A DNA stretch of 64,000 bases from assembly GCA_945787655.1 (NCBI GenBank), contig CALZIJ010000002.1, positions 44,576-108,575 on the forward strand, read 5' to 3'. Positions 1-11,059 of this stretch are shown here, one piece after another. The first letter of the stretch is position 1. Each line of letters starts with the position of its first letter. Made by a program: the position numbers and the translations under genes. Below the pieces are notes generated by a model. The model did no database searches and was not told the DNA's origin. It saw only the letters and a list, made by a program, of their open reading frames with translations. The DNA comes from Nitrospiria bacterium. GTDB lineage: Bacteria > Nitrospirota > Nitrospiria > SBBL01 > JAADHI01.

Positions 1-611
1 CGTTCTTTCTTCTGACTAAGCCGGGCCTCGATCGTTCGACTGGGGTCCGGGCTCTCCGGGGTAGTACTCTCTTCGGCTTCTTTAATTTCAACCGGCGTAA
101 GTGATACCCCGTTTTTCACAACAGATTGAGCCTTTTTAATCAACAGGGCTTCCCGTTGTTTTTCTTCAAAGAGCTTGGGGGTAAATTGTTCTCGCGACAA
201 AATTTGCTGGTACCGCACCGGGTCAAATTGACCATCAGACTGGAATGCGGCCAAAGCCGTTACCGAATCTCTCAACGCCGCATCACTGATCGAAAGCTGC
301 ATACGGCGGGCTTCTTGCAGCCAAAGTTTTTGTTCGACCAAAGCCTCGATCACCCGCTGCCGCAAGGCCTCATCATCGTATTCATCTTGAAAGAGTTCCC
401 GGTAAAACCTAGATTCATTCCGGTATGCCCGCTTGTATTCATCTATCGTAACGACTTCTTCCCCGATTTGAGCCAGGGCGTTGTCCACACGTTCATCACT
501 TCCAAAACCCCACCAGCCCATTGAAACCGCAAAAACAGCGGCAATCCCCAGCATAATCAGCCGGAAAAACCAGGGATTTTCTATTGCCCCTTCTCTAATA
601 TTTTTTAGCAC
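1..611 (-). CDS. SurA N-terminal domain / PpiD-like membrane-anchored periplasmic chaperone (3' end runs off window)
   Basis: Manual translation from GTG at 611 (GGAGGCGG RBS): MLKNIREGAIENPWFFRLIMLGIAAVFAVSMGWWGFG..LAQIGEEVVTIDEYKRAY..VIEALVEQKLWLQEARRMQLSISDAAL..FQSDGQFDPVRYQQIL, typical of PpiD N-terminus; missing from ORF track because it has no stop in the window. Confidence 0.75.
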   Translation of the reverse strand, partial: MLKNIREGAIENPWFFRLIMLGIAAVFAVSMGWWGFGSDERVDNALAQIGEEVVTIDEYKRAYRNESRFYRELFQDEYDDEALRQRVIEALVEQKLWLQEARRMQLSISDAALRDSVTALAAFQSDGQFDPVRYQQILSREQFTPKLFEEKQREALLIKKAQSVVKNGVSLTPVEIKEAEESTTPESPDPSRTIEARLSQKKE

Positions 612-710
612 AACCGCCTCCTGAAAACTGAATTTCAGGGTACCATCTGATCCTTTAAAAATCAAACGGGACCATCAACAGGAATCACCCTTTGTGATCA
701 TTATTTCATT

Positions 711-1307
711 CTATTTCACTCTGGTCAGCCTGTTTTTATCAGTATGGTGAAAAAGATCCTCTTTTCCAAAAACTTTTAAAACCGTGTCTTCTGCATAACT
801 GAAACTCCCATCTTCATGCAAGGTTATCCTTAGGTCATACCTCATCGTTTTAAAGGCCTCATCCAAAAAAGGATTGGAAAGAATACCGTAAATTTCAGAT
901 CCCGCTTCCGCCGACATTTCCAAAATGGTTGAATGCACATCGGCATGGCCTCCCGCATTCACGGTCACACCGCGCGGTACAATAAAGCAGCGCATAATTT
1001 GTTGTTCCTTGGCATCCCACAACCAATACCCCACTTCTTCGTGAAACGGTTTCTCTTGCCCCAAAGGCCAAGCTGTCGTGGCATATTTCAAGCCGTAAAG
1101 CACCTGCGGCCCGTTCACCACCGGCCCCAATGGGTCAAGGGTCATCCGTTCACGAAAAGACGTTTCTACGGGACCATTTCTTGAAAGACTCACATCAATC
1201 CCCTGGTCTCCCTCCCATGTCCCCGCCAAGGGTGAAAACGGGCCCAGATTTTTTAAAATATCTTCATCAATAACGGCTGGTTTTTCAAATACGTCCACTA
1301 TAGGCAC
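711..1307 (-). CDS. Nitrobindin/THAP4-like heme-binding beta-barrel (DUF1794/FABP-like)
   Basis: LGPFSPLAGTWEG, FHEEVGYWLWD and C-terminal HTDKNRL motifs. Confidence 0.8.
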   Translation of the reverse strand: MPIVDVFEKPAVIDEDILKNLGPFSPLAGTWEGDQGIDVSLSRNGPVETSFRERMTLDPLGPVVNGPQVLYGLKYATTAWPLGQEKPFHEEVGYWLWDAKEQQIMRCFIVPRGVTVNAGGHADVHSTILEMSAEAGSEIYGILSNPFLDEAFKTMRYDLRITLHEDGSFSYAEDTVLKVFGKEDLFHHTDKNRLTRVK

Positions 1308-1331
1308 CTCCTTTGATTTAAGGCACAGGCT

Positions 1332-2219
1332 TCATCCGGATTTTCGGGGATGGGCTTGGTCGTACACCTCCATCAAGTGATCTATTTGCAAATGGGTATA
1401 TCGTTGTGTGGTCGACAAACTGACATGCCCCAACAATTCCTGAACGGCTCTGAGGTCAGCACCGCCTTCAAGCAAATGTGTCGCAAAGCTATGGCGCAAG
1501 GTATGAGGGCTTGCTCCGGGTCGATCAATTTGGTTTAAATACTGTTTGACAATACGTCTCACACTACGGTCCGTGAGCCTTTTACCACGGTAATTTAAAA
1601 ACACGCCTTTTCCGGAAACCGGCCGGACTTTCAGATAAGACTGAATCGCCTCAATCGCCCGGCTTCCGATCGGAACGATCCTTTCTTTTCTGCCTTTTCC
1701 GAATACGCGCAGGACGCCTGAATTAAGGTGAAGATCCGCATCGTCCAAGCCCACCAGCTCCGAAAGGCGAATACCCGTTGAATAAAAGGTTTCCAAAATC
1801 GCCAGATCTCTTAAACCACGCCATTGTTCCGCTTTGGGGAGGTGCATAAGCGCGCAGGCTTGATCCACGGTTAAGCAGCCAGGAAGCGGCTTTTCCAGTT
1901 TAGGGCTCGCCACCTGTTTTGCCGGGTTGAGCGTAATACGCCCGTTTTGAAGTAAAAATTCAAAATAGGAACGCAGCACAGTCAACTTCCGCGCGATGGT
2001 TACTTTCCGCAAGCCTTTCTGTCGGAGCGCCGCCAAAAACCCCCGAATCGCGAGATAATCAATCTTTTCGGGATCATAACTTTCAAGAGAGCAGATCGAT
2101 TTTGAAACCAGGTACACCCGAAAATGGGACAAATCGGAGAGGTAGTTACGGAGTGTGTGGGGAGAGACATTTCGCTCTACCGTGAGATGTCTTCCAAAAT
2201 CCTGTATTGAATCATCCAT
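1332..2219 (-). CDS. xerC: Tyrosine recombinase XerC
   Basis: SPHTLRNY, GIRLSEL, GKGRKER, HTLRHSFATHLL, LLGHVSLSTTQRYTH catalytic residues; follows trmFO. Confidence 0.92.
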   Translation of the reverse strand: MDDSIQDFGRHLTVERNVSPHTLRNYLSDLSHFRVYLVSKSICSLESYDPEKIDYLAIRGFLAALRQKGLRKVTIARKLTVLRSYFEFLLQNGRITLNPAKQVASPKLEKPLPGCLTVDQACALMHLPKAEQWRGLRDLAILETFYSTGIRLSELVGLDDADLHLNSGVLRVFGKGRKERIVPIGSRAIEAIQSYLKVRPVSGKGVFLNYRGKRLTDRSVRRIVKQYLNQIDRPGASPHTLRHSFATHLLEGGADLRAVQELLGHVSLSTTQRYTHLQIDHLMEVYDQAHPRKSG

Positions 2220-3556
2220 TTCGAAAGGTCTTCCAGTGCACGATTTACAATTTTTTGATACCGGTCGGCCTTCTTCATTTTTCGACGGCCTTTTTGGAGC
2301 GTTTCAACCGGGGGGAACAACCCAAAATTTGTGTTAATGGGTTGAAAAAAGGACGGGTCGCTTTTTGTAATATATTGAATTAATGCGCCGTGAGCCGTTG
2401 TTTCCGGCGGAACCACCGCATCTTCCCCGGACAATATTCTCGCCGCGTTCAGGCCCGCAAGTCCGCCCATCGCAGAAGACTCAACATACCCTTCCACACC
2501 CACAATCTGCCCGGCCAAAAAGAGGCCCGGCTGTGTCCGCAGCTGCAATGTCTCGGATAGAAGACGTGGTGAATTGAGAAAGGTATTGCGATGTAAACTG
2601 CCCAGCCTCAAGAAAGAAACATCTTCCAGCCCGGGAATGAGTTTAAAAACCCGCCGTTGTTCCGGCCAGGTCAGCTTGGTTTGAAATCCGACCAGACTAT
2701 ATGCTGTACCGTAAGCATTTTCCGCGCGAAGCTGCACCACAGCAAAAGGTTGTTTCCCCGTGCGCGGGTCCACCAGCCCAACAGGTTTCATGGGGCCAAA
2801 CAAGGGGGTTTTTTTACCGCGTTCTGCAAGCACCTCAATGGGCAGGCACCCTTCAAAATAATTAATCTTTTCAAAAGACTTGGCCTTCACCCGCTCCCCG
2901 GCCATCAGTGCATCGTAAAACCGGTCATACTGTGCCTCATCCATCGGGCAGTTTAAATAATCATCACCTCCCTTGCCGTAACGGGAAGCTCGGAAAACAA
3001 CGTCCATATTGATGCTGTCCGCTTCCACAATAGGTGAGATGGCATCATAAAAATAAAGGTGTTCTTCATTGGCGGCCGCTTTTAGTGAGGCGGTCAAGGC
3101 TTCCGATGTCAGCGGTCCTGAAGAAACCACCGCGGTTTGTTCAGAGGACGGAATCTCCTTCACCTCTTCATGTAATACAGTGATATTCGGGTGATTCTTA
3201 ATCGCATCGGAAATGGCTTTTGAAAACTGGTCCCGATCCACGGCCAGAGCGCCGCCCGCGGGGACTGCCGCGGCCTCCGCTTTTTCAATAATCAGTGATC
3301 CAAGACGCCGTAATTCTTCTTTTAAAAGGCCGGGACCGCTGATGGGATTTAACGATCCCAGAGAATTACTGCAGACCAGTTCCGCAAGATGACCTGTTTC
3401 ATGTGCGGGTGTCAGTTTCACCGGCCGCATTTCATACAGTGTCACTTCAATCCCGCGTGAGGCCGCCTGCCAGGCCGCTTCGGAACCGGCGAGTCCACCT
3501 CCAATAACAATCAATTTTTTCCCGGAATATTGATCAGGGTTCGTCATCTGGTCCAT
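2177..3556 (-). CDS. trmFO: Methylenetetrahydrofolate-tRNA-(uracil-5)-methyltransferase TrmFO
   Basis: IGGGLAGSEAAWQ, AELVCSNS, FEGCLPIE, FGPMKPVGL, GVEGYVES. Confidence 0.96.
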   Translation of the reverse strand: MDQMTNPDQYSGKKLIVIGGGLAGSEAAWQAASRGIEVTLYEMRPVKLTPAHETGHLAELVCSNSLGSLNPISGPGLLKEELRRLGSLIIEKAEAAAVPAGGALAVDRDQFSKAISDAIKNHPNITVLHEEVKEIPSSEQTAVVSSGPLTSEALTASLKAAANEEHLYFYDAISPIVEADSINMDVVFRASRYGKGGDDYLNCPMDEAQYDRFYDALMAGERVKAKSFEKINYFEGCLPIEVLAERGKKTPLFGPMKPVGLVDPRTGKQPFAVVQLRAENAYGTAYSLVGFQTKLTWPEQRRVFKLIPGLEDVSFLRLGSLHRNTFLNSPRLLSETLQLRTQPGLFLAGQIVGVEGYVESSAMGGLAGLNAARILSGEDAVVPPETTAHGALIQYITKSDPSFFQPINTNFGLFPPVETLQKGRRKMKKADRYQKIVNRALEDLSKWMIQYRILEDISR

Positions 3557-3558
3557 TC

Positions 3559-4365
3559 CTATTCATAGCCTTCGGCTTCCGTCGGAAATTTCCCCGAAAG
3601 CACGTCGGATTTGTATCGGGCAAAAGCATCGGAAGCGATGGCCGTCAAATCTGCATATCGGCGGACAAACTTGGGGTGAAAACGGGTAAACAATCCCAGC
3701 AAATCATGCATAACCAATACCTGTCCATCACAATGCGGTCCGGCGCCAATACCAATTGTTGGGATTTTAAGGGTCTGTGTAATTTTTTCCGCAAGGCGAT
3801 TAGGTATCCCTTCCAAAACAATAGAAAAAGCCCCTGAAGATTCAAGCCGTTTCGCATCATCCAAGAGTGCTTTCGCGGCACGGTTCTCCCTGCCCTGGAC
3901 CTTGTACCCCCCCATGCGATGAACGGACTGGGGGGTAAGGCCGATATGTGCCATCACGGGAATATCATAACGGCTCAGGGCCTCCACCCGATCCGCCACA
4001 TTATCCCCGCCTTCAAATTTCACAGCGGCAGCGCGGCCTTCCTGGATCAATCGACCCGCGTTTTTAATCGTTTCTTCCACACTGCATTGATACGACATAA
4101 AAGGCATATCTGCCACAAGCAATGCCTGCTTTGCCGCTCGGCTCACCATTTGGGTGTGATACACCATTTGATCCATCGTGACCGGCAATGTGCTTTCTTC
4201 TCCTTGCACGACAATACCCAGCGTATCTCCAACCAGTATGATGTCTATGCCTGCTTCATCAATCAATTTTGCGAAAGGGTAGTCATACGCAGTCAATGCA
4301 GTTATTTTTTCGCCCCGCACTTTTTTGTTTAATAATTCCGGCACCGTAGCGGCTTTGCTTCCCAT
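3559..4365 (-). CDS. panB: 3-methyl-2-oxobutanoate hydroxymethyltransferase
   Basis: LTAYD, ILVGD, ADMPF, HIGLTPQ, GIGAG..CDGQVLV. Confidence 0.97.
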   Translation of the reverse strand: MGSKAATVPELLNKKVRGEKITALTAYDYPFAKLIDEAGIDIILVGDTLGIVVQGEESTLPVTMDQMVYHTQMVSRAAKQALLVADMPFMSYQCSVEETIKNAGRLIQEGRAAAVKFEGGDNVADRVEALSRYDIPVMAHIGLTPQSVHRMGGYKVQGRENRAAKALLDDAKRLESSGAFSIVLEGIPNRLAEKITQTLKIPTIGIGAGPHCDGQVLVMHDLLGLFTRFHPKFVRRYADLTAIASDAFARYKSDVLSGKFPTEAEGYE

Positions 4366-5315
4366 TATAGGCCTCCTTCAGCGGCTTGGGCGACATTCAC
4401 GCTGTACGGGAATAAGTCGGCGCGGTCGAGAATCACAGGCACCTGGCTTTCCGCGCCGATGGCCATAATATGCACTCCATCGCACAAAGGCCGAATCGCT
4501 TCAATGGTCGAAACGGCTATTTCTAATCCCGCTTCAAGCCCGCCTTCTTTTCCGGCCTTGGCTAATTTGCGAATTAATGGATCGGGCACACGAATACCCG
4601 GAATATGACGCGTGACATATGCGGCCATTTTGTCCGACCGCAAGAGTAAAATGCCGGCAATGATTTTCACATCAAACTGTCGTGCAAAATCCATAAAATG
4701 CTTAAACTGATCGGGGTTGAATACTGCCTGGGTCTGGAAAAATTTGGCACCCGCCATCACCTTTTTTTGAAATTTCACCAACAAGGCGTCAAGTGAATCA
4801 CTCTCAGGAATAGCCACTGCCCCGGGGAAAAGGTCTGTCCCGCCCTTCAATTCATGATTCACCATGTCCCGTCCCCGGTTGAGATCACCAAGAACATTCA
4901 GGATTTGTACAGATTCCAAATCAAATACCGGTTTGGTTTCAACCTGGTTGCCCACAGTCACATAATCCCCGGTGAGGCACAGCACATTCCGGATTCCTAA
5001 AATATGCGCACCCAGCAAATCAGACTGGATCGCCAATCGGTTTCTGTCCCGACCGGTGACCTGAAAAACAGGGTCATGCCCCAAATCGAGTAAAACTTTA
5101 CTCATCGCCAAAGAACTTGCTCGCATGATTGCCGCCTGGTTATCTGTGACATTCAAGGCGTGCACCCGGCCAAGCAATTTTTTCGCACGGTCGCAAAAAA
5201 GGCTGGTATCGCTTCCTTTCGGCGGCGCGGCCTCGGCGGTAATAATGAATTCCCCGGCTTCGCATGCCGCTTTCAACGTTTTTATCGGCGTTTTGTTTTT
5301 ACGTCTTGTGGACAT
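4365..5315 (-). CDS. metF: Methylenetetrahydrofolate reductase
   Basis: [44 protein letters not shown]. Confidence 0.9.
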   Translation of the reverse strand: MSTRRKNKTPIKTLKAACEAGEFIITAEAAPPKGSDTSLFCDRAKKLLGRVHALNVTDNQAAIMRASSLAMSKVLLDLGHDPVFQVTGRDRNRLAIQSDLLGAHILGIRNVLCLTGDYVTVGNQVETKPVFDLESVQILNVLGDLNRGRDMVNHELKGGTDLFPGAVAIPESDSLDALLVKFQKKVMAGAKFFQTQAVFNPDQFKHFMDFARQFDVKIIAGILLLRSDKMAAYVTRHIPGIRVPDPLIRKLAKAGKEGGLEAGLEIAVSTIEAIRPLCDGVHIMAIGAESQVPVILDRADLFPYSVNVAQAAEGGL

Positions 5316-5318
5316 ATT

Positions 5319-5600
5319 TTATGACGGTTCATCCCGATTTTTAATCAAGTCCGCGTAAAAATTCGTACTGCGGGGAGGCTGGATTTTCAACAATTTTTCG
5401 ACGGCATCTTTTTTCTTCATTTCATTGTATATAGTCACCCAAACACAATCAAAGGCTTCTATCACTTCACATTTTCCGCCATCCCGCACCCCCCCGCAGG
5501 GACCGTTGACCAATTCTTTTGGACACCCGACGATGGGGCAGATTCCTCCGGTTTCTTCACAAAGATGATTGTGGGTGCAATTGGGATACTGATAGGTCAT
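5319..5600 (-). CDS. MTHFR C-terminal (MetV-like) Cys-rich domain protein
   Basis: GGICP..CPK..NGPCGG...KCEV...CVW motif immediately upstream of metF. Confidence 0.85.
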   Translation of the reverse strand: MTYQYPNCTHNHLCEETGGICPIVGCPKELVNGPCGGVRDGGKCEVIEAFDCVWVTIYNEMKKKDAVEKLLKIQPPRSTNFYADLIKNRDEPS

Positions 5601-5612
5601 AGCGGTGAGACC

Positions 5613-6467
5613 CTATATGCTTTCTTCATTGTATTTTAAGGACTGGACTGTGTTTGAAAGTAACATGGCGATGGTCATTGGGCCGACACCACCGGGCACA
5701 GGGGTAATTGCCCCGGCCACTTCACTGACACCATCGAAATCAACATCACCGACCAATTTCCCATCGGGCAAACGGTTAATGCCAACATCAATCACAACCG
5801 CTCCCGGCTTGACCATGTCCTGCGTAATAAATTGTGGTTTTCCAATTGCAGCGATGAGGATATCGGCCTCGCGGCAAACAGCCCCCAAATCCCGTGTCCT
5901 GGAGTGGCAGAGGGTTACGGTCGCATTCCGGTGAAGCAAGAGGAGAGCGGCTGGCTTTCCTACGATATCACTCCGACCCACGACAACTGCATTCGCTCCC
6001 TCGATTTGAACTTTGGAACGGTCAAGCAACTCAATAATACCCAGAGGCGTGCAAGAAACAAAACCAGGCTGATTGGCCACCAGTTTACCGACATTTAAAT
6101 AATGAAAACCATCGACATCCTTTGCGGGACTCACGGCATCAAGCACCCGCCGTGCGTTAATCCCTTTTGGTAAAGGCAATTGAACTAAAATACCATGGAT
6201 TTTCGGAATCTGGTTCAGGTCTTCAATCAACGACATAATTTCCGGTTCCGTGGCGGTTTGGGGCAAACGATATTCTTCAGAATAAATGCCGACTTCACTA
6301 CACATCTTCCGCTTGTTTCGAACATAAATTTGAGAAGCGGGGTCCTCTCCAACCAGTACAACGGCAAGACCAGGCACTTCACTGCCCGTTCGTGATTGAA
6401 TCTCACGCTGGAGATCCTCACGTACTTCCTTCGCAACTTTTTTTCCGTCAATTATTTTAGCTGTCAC
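5613..6467 (-). CDS. folD: Bifunctional methylene-THF dehydrogenase/cyclohydrolase
   Basis: [40 protein letters not shown]. Confidence 0.97.
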   Translation of the reverse strand: MTAKIIDGKKVAKEVREDLQREIQSRTGSEVPGLAVVLVGEDPASQIYVRNKRKMCSEVGIYSEEYRLPQTATEPEIMSLIEDLNQIPKIHGILVQLPLPKGINARRVLDAVSPAKDVDGFHYLNVGKLVANQPGFVSCTPLGIIELLDRSKVQIEGANAVVVGRSDIVGKPAALLLLHRNATVTLCHSRTRDLGAVCREADILIAAIGKPQFITQDMVKPGAVVIDVGINRLPDGKLVGDVDFDGVSEVAGAITPVPGGVGPMTIAMLLSNTVQSLKYNEESI

Positions 6468-7056
6468 ACGCTTCCTCCCTGCAATAAATTGTCCTGTATT
6501 CCGTTACGATCATATCCACGGGGACATCCGTGGATTCGGCTGGTAATTGCGCTACAAGCTGTGTTTCAAATGCCAATCCAAGGACGGGCTTTTCATTTTG
6601 AGACAGAGCCCGATCATAATAGCCGCCCCCATATCCCAAACGGTTTCCATTTTCGTCAAAAGCAATTCCCGGAACCACCCATAGTTCAATCTCGCCAGCA
6701 TCCACTTTTTTTAAAAATTGCGGCTTTGGCTGCAAGGTTAAAAACGGACCATATTCCAACTTTTCGGGCTCACCTGGAATATATTCCGAAAAAAAAAGCG
6801 TCTTGTTTAGAGCATCAACCACTGGGATCACAATCTGTTTCTTAAGGTTTTTCGCCGCCTCAACAAGATATTGCGTGCTAACTTCTTCCCGGACCGACAA
6901 ATAGATATGCACTGACATTGCCTCTTGAAACGGTTTTAAATGGATCAAGCGATCCGCTATGTCCCGGCTTTTTTTCAGACGTTCAGCGGCACTGATCTGC
7001 TTTCGAAGAAGCACTTGTTCCGTCCGGATTAATTGTTTCCTGGCAAGTAAGCTCAT
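6457..7056 (-). CDS. ygfA: 5-formyltetrahydrofolate cyclo-ligase
   Basis: [20 protein letters not shown] signature. Confidence 0.93.
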   Translation of the reverse strand: MSLLARKQLIRTEQVLLRKQISAAERLKKSRDIADRLIHLKPFQEAMSVHIYLSVREEVSTQYLVEAAKNLKKQIVIPVVDALNKTLFFSEYIPGEPEKLEYGPFLTLQPKPQFLKKVDAGEIELWVVPGIAFDENGNRLGYGGGYYDRALSQNEKPVLGLAFETQLVAQLPAESTDVPVDMIVTEYRTIYCREEACDS

Positions 7057-7205
7057 AGAAATTCGCCAATTTTTTCAGATTAACAACCCCTTAAATCACT
7101 TGTCAAGGAACCAGAACCTTTGCAGACCCGCCTGTCATCACCCCCCTCTTTTGGGGGGATTGTATCAACAAGGCCGTTTGGTTACAATTTTTGTTTGATT
7201 GTTGT

Positions 7206-7234
7206 TTGACATTATAAAGTCTGGTTTTTATTTT
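7206..7234 (+). promoter_or_regulatory. Possible sigma70 promoter for exosortase-prsK
   Basis: TTGACA-N17-TATTTT in AT-rich divergent intergenic; a TATAAT also at 7240-7245. Confidence 0.4.
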
Positions 7235-7318
7235 TAGAGTATAATGATGATTCAAATGTATGTGTTATCTTTATTTTTATTGTAATCATCTTTTGTAAAA
7301 ATGTAAAAAGGAATACTG

Positions 7319-8902
7319 GTGATACCCATGCGATTTGGACCATTCAAAACATATCAAATCGGCTTGTTTAGTTTTCTGGCCGGGATTGTCTTTTACTTGT
7401 ACTACCCTGTCCTTCTGGGTTTGGCCGACGATTGGTGGAATGACCCCGATTATTCCCACGGCCTGCTGGTTCCAATCATCAGCTTGTATTTTATTTGGGA
7501 AAAAAGAGAAGCGCTGAAAAACCTCTCCTTTCGTCCGGATTATCGCGGCCTAATCATTTTATTGGGCAGCGTCAGCCTGCTGACATTAGGGAATGCGGGG
7601 TCTGAACTTTTTTTAATGCGGATCTCTCTCATCATCACCATTGCGGGGCTCATTATTTTCTTACTTGGATTTGACACCTTAAAAGTCATTCTTTTTCCGA
7701 TTGGCTTTTTATTTTTTATGATTCCCCTTCCGGCCATTGTTTTTAATGCAGTGGCTTTTCCCTTACAACTTTTTGCAGCTCAAACGGCTGCATTTTGCCT
7801 GCAAGTCGTTAAAATTCCTGTCCTTCGGGAAGGAAACCTGATTTATCTCGCATCCTCAATCATGGATGTCACCGAAGCCTGCAGCGGAATCCGGTCATTG
7901 ATGACGCTTTCCGCATTGGGAACCCTTTTTGCCTACATTACTCAAAAAACCAATTTAAAACGCGGGCTAATGATGGCCTCCACCATTCCGATCGCTATTT
8001 TTTCCAATGCCTTCCGTGTCACCGGGACCGGATTATTAGCTCAGTTTGTGGGAGAAGAAGCGGCTCAGGGATTCTATCATACCTTTACAGGATGGCTTGT
8101 TTTCATTGTCGCTTTTATTTTGTTATTGCTTGTTGGTTATATTTTTTCCAAGTTTCCTGACAAACCCGTGATTGCAAAACCCGCCAGCCCGCCAGCCCGC
8201 CAGCCTTCTCAAAAACCCAGACCCACATGGATTCCATTAACACTTTCCTTGATGGTTTTAGGAAGCGGCATTTATATTAATCAAAACATTCTGCTTCACG
8301 GCCAGCCGGTCATGCTGGAGCAATCATTATCCGGCATGCCCCTTCATCTTGACCAGGGGCGCGGAGACGACCACCCCTTCGAGGAAAAAACAGTCCGTGT
8401 TCTCGGGGTAACGGATTATATTAACCGGCTGTATGTTTCTGAACCCGATAACTCAGGTCTTTCTGAATCAGTCTGGTTTTATGCCGGATATTACGCAACA
8501 CAAAGGACCGGGGCGACTTACCACAGCCCTAAAAATTGTCTGCCTGGCAGCGGTTGGGAAATTGTTTCCATAGAAGATCACCCGGTATCCATGGTTTCTG
8601 CAGGCGGGACAGCCTCAACAGAAATCATTAACAAGGTCATTGTTCAAAAAGGGCTGGACCGCCAGCTCATCCTTTATTGGTATCAGGACCGGGGGAGAAT
8701 CATCACCAGTGAGTATTGGGCAAAGATTTACTTAATTTGGGATTCCATTACAAAAGGGCGGACGGATGGCTCAATGATTCGGGTTTCCATCCCGATTCCT
8801 CGGGGGGATTCCCCGGATAACGCCTTGGAACTAGGCCTAAAATATATCCAGAAAGTCTCTCCATATCTCGTAGAATACCTGCCAGGCCCGAACATCGCCT
8901 AG
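7319..8902 (+). CDS. Exosortase (EpsH) fused to EpsI domain
   Basis: DYSHG, EACSGIRS (Cys), NAFRV (Arg), FYH (His) catalytic residues; C-terminal EpsI HSPKNCLPGSGW and YWYQ. Confidence 0.9.
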   Translation: MIPMRFGPFKTYQIGLFSFLAGIVFYLYYPVLLGLADDWWNDPDYSHGLLVPIISLYFIWEKREALKNLSFRPDYRGLIILLGSVSLLTLGNAGSELFLMRISLIITIAGLIIFLLGFDTLKVILFPIGFLFFMIPLPAIVFNAVAFPLQLFAAQTAAFCLQVVKIPVLREGNLIYLASSIMDVTEACSGIRSLMTLSALGTLFAYITQKTNLKRGLMMASTIPIAIFSNAFRVTGTGLLAQFVGEEAAQGFYHTFTGWLVFIVAFILLLLVGYIFSKFPDKPVIAKPASPPARQPSQKPRPTWIPLTLSLMVLGSGIYINQNILLHGQPVMLEQSLSGMPLHLDQGRGDDHPFEEKTVRVLGVTDYINRLYVSEPDNSGLSESVWFYAGYYATQRTGATYHSPKNCLPGSGWEIVSIEDHPVSMVSAGGTASTEIINKVIVQKGLDRQLILYWYQDRGRIITSEYWAKIYLIWDSITKGRTDGSMIRVSIPIPRGDSPDNALELGLKYIQKVSPYLVEYLPGPNIA

Positions 8903-8962
8903 CCAGAATTTCATTCAACTGCTATTATTCCATAGACCATTAACAACTAGAAGGTCCGTAGA

Positions 8963-11053
8963 ATGGGTTTTTCACCGGCTGCCTTTCCCTTATTGACCAA
9001 TATTATATTCTCTCTCGGTTTTGCCATTTTAATCGGAATAAAGGGGGTCCGCCATCCAGCAAATTTGGGCTTCGCTCTGGCCATGCTGGGACAGGCGCTA
9101 CAGGAAGTCAGTACGTTTTTTATCACCACAGCCACACATTCTAATCCAGTGTTTTTTTTAGGAAAGTTTACCCTGCTCTCCTCAGTCATGATGAGTGGGG
9201 GATGGTTGATTTTTTCAATCACCTTTGCCCGGCCAGACCCGGCTGAAGTACTCAAAAGAAAAGTCCCTTTTATCGGATTTTACCTCTCTCTTCTTCTCTT
9301 TCTCTTTTTCCCTGTGTTTGAAAAAAACCTGTCTGTTGACGGCTTTATACGGACATTATATGTCAGTAACACTGGTTTCGTTTTTTTTATTCTTTACCTG
9401 ATTCTATTGGTTTCAATACTTATGAACCTTGAGCAGACCTTTCGAGAGTCCTCCGGGCTGACACGTTACCGCATCAAGTACATGCTCCTCGGCGCCGGCG
9501 CCATTCTCGCTTTAGAAATCTATAAAGCCGCTCAAGTGCTTCTTTTTTCTGTTTTTTCACTGGATATTCTTCCTATTTATTCAATCGCCTTGATAATGTC
9601 AAACCTGTTGCTCCTTTTTGCGGTTGTCCGGCACAGGCTGTTAAATGTCGAGGTCTTTGTTTCCCGTTATGTGGTGTATAAGTCCGTGACCCTGCTTGCT
9701 GTGGGGGTATATCTGGGTACTGTCGGTTTAATCATCACAGGGATACAACGTTTTGGAGGAGGGACCTATATTCGACTGGTGCCCATTGTGGTTTTTGCTG
9801 CACTTCTGGCCATGATCATTCTTCTGCTTTCCGACGAATTACGACGAAAAATGCAGACCTTCATCAACGTCCATTTTTACCGGAATAAACATGATTACCG
9901 GAATAAATGGCAAGAATTTACTTCCTCGGTAGGGTCCAAACTGGCTTTACCTGAATTGCTGCCTTCACTCGTGACCTGGATGTGCGAAACAATGGGCACA
10001 AACGACTGCGCCATTTGGTTGTTAGATAAGGAGCGAAACCGGTATTACCTTGCAAGTCGGCGCGGATTTTCTTCCGCACCTCCCATTTGGTCAGACCAAA
10101 GCCAATTAATCGAAACCATTAAAAAAGGCGGCGGGCCACTAGAATTAACGGATAATAATCTGCGCTTTGAAACGCTTAGCCAGGAAGCGGTTTCATTTTT
10201 TGAAGCCAGCCCCGTCACGGCATGGATTCCACTTTATTCCAACGAAGAAATGATCGGCGTTTTCTCCCTTGGGAAAAAAATTACCGAAGAGGGCTATGAT
10301 TACCACGACCTCGAATTATTAATGACCATTGCCGACCAGGCGGCCGGTCAAATTGACCGGGTGCGCTTGATTGAAGAGTTAGGCGTCGTTCGTGAACTGA
10401 AAGCCATCCATACGCTCTCCTCTTTTTTTCTGCATGATTTAAAAAACTACACCTCAACCCTGTCTCTTTTAGCTCAAAATGTCACCAAACATGGATCAAA
10501 TCCCGACTTTCAGAAAGACGCTTTTAAGACCATTCAAGGCACGGTGGACAAAATGAATCAACTGATCAAACACATCACAGTTGTCGCCAAAGGGCTGGTA
10601 TTATCCCGATCCGAGGTCGATCTGAATGCCCTCATTGAAAGGACGCTTTCAGGCTTGGATGGTGCACTCGGCTTAAAAGGCCGTATTTGTTACCTTTTCG
10701 GTGACTTGCCCGTACTTTCAGCAGATCCCGAACAGCTCGCCAATGTCCTCCGAAACCTGACCATCAACGCCAGTAATGCCAATAAAGAAGGCGGCGTTGT
10801 TACTATTGAAACCCGTTTTGAAAATGAACAGATCTTTTTATCTGTCAGTGACGAAGGGAGCGGGATGACCGAAGAATTTATCTCAACCAAGCTGTTTAAA
10901 CCCTTACGTACTTCACGGGCAGCGGGTTGGGGGATCGGACTATTTCAATGCCAACAAATCGTCAAAGCGCATGGCGGGAATATCCTGGTTGAAAGCGAGG
11001 TCGGGGTGGGCAGTACTTTTACTGTTAAACTGCCCATTGGCGGAGAAAAATAA
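8963..11053 (+). CDS. prsK: PEP-CTERM system histidine kinase PrsK (multi-TM, GAF, HisKA, HATPase)
   Basis: NLEQTFR, VFVSRYVVY, HFYRNKHDYR..W, FFLHDLKN H-box, DEGSGM, GWGIGL; adjacent to exosortase. Confidence 0.85.
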   Translation: MGFSPAAFPLLTNIIFSLGFAILIGIKGVRHPANLGFALAMLGQALQEVSTFFITTATHSNPVFFLGKFTLLSSVMMSGGWLIFSITFARPDPAEVLKRKVPFIGFYLSLLLFLFFPVFEKNLSVDGFIRTLYVSNTGFVFFILYLILLVSILMNLEQTFRESSGLTRYRIKYMLLGAGAILALEIYKAAQVLLFSVFSLDILPIYSIALIMSNLLLLFAVVRHRLLNVEVFVSRYVVYKSVTLLAVGVYLGTVGLIITGIQRFGGGTYIRLVPIVVFAALLAMIILLLSDELRRKMQTFINVHFYRNKHDYRNKWQEFTSSVGSKLALPELLPSLVTWMCETMGTNDCAIWLLDKERNRYYLASRRGFSSAPPIWSDQSQLIETIKKGGGPLELTDNNLRFETLSQEAVSFFEASPVTAWIPLYSNEEMIGVFSLGKKITEEGYDYHDLELLMTIADQAAGQIDRVRLIEELGVVRELKAIHTLSSFFLHDLKNYTSTLSLLAQNVTKHGSNPDFQKDAFKTIQGTVDKMNQLIKHITVVAKGLVLSRSEVDLNALIERTLSGLDGALGLKGRICYLFGDLPVLSADPEQLANVLRNLTINASNANKEGGVVTIETRFENEQIFLSVSDEGSGMTEEFISTKLFKPLRTSRAAGWGIGLFQCQQIVKAHGGNILVESEVGVGSTFTVKLPIGGEK

Positions 11054-11059
11054 CCGGAA

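Noticed and set aside
126-524. 132-aa plus-strand ORF
   Set aside because: Shadow of the minus-strand PpiD/SurA-N gene
1332-2219. Integrase of a mobile element
   Set aside because: Housekeeping xerC in trmFO context, no att sites or cargo
7057-7318. 6S RNA, often upstream of ygfA
   Set aside because: No long irregular hairpin recognisable by eye; only a short C6/G6 hairpin. An Rfam search would be needed
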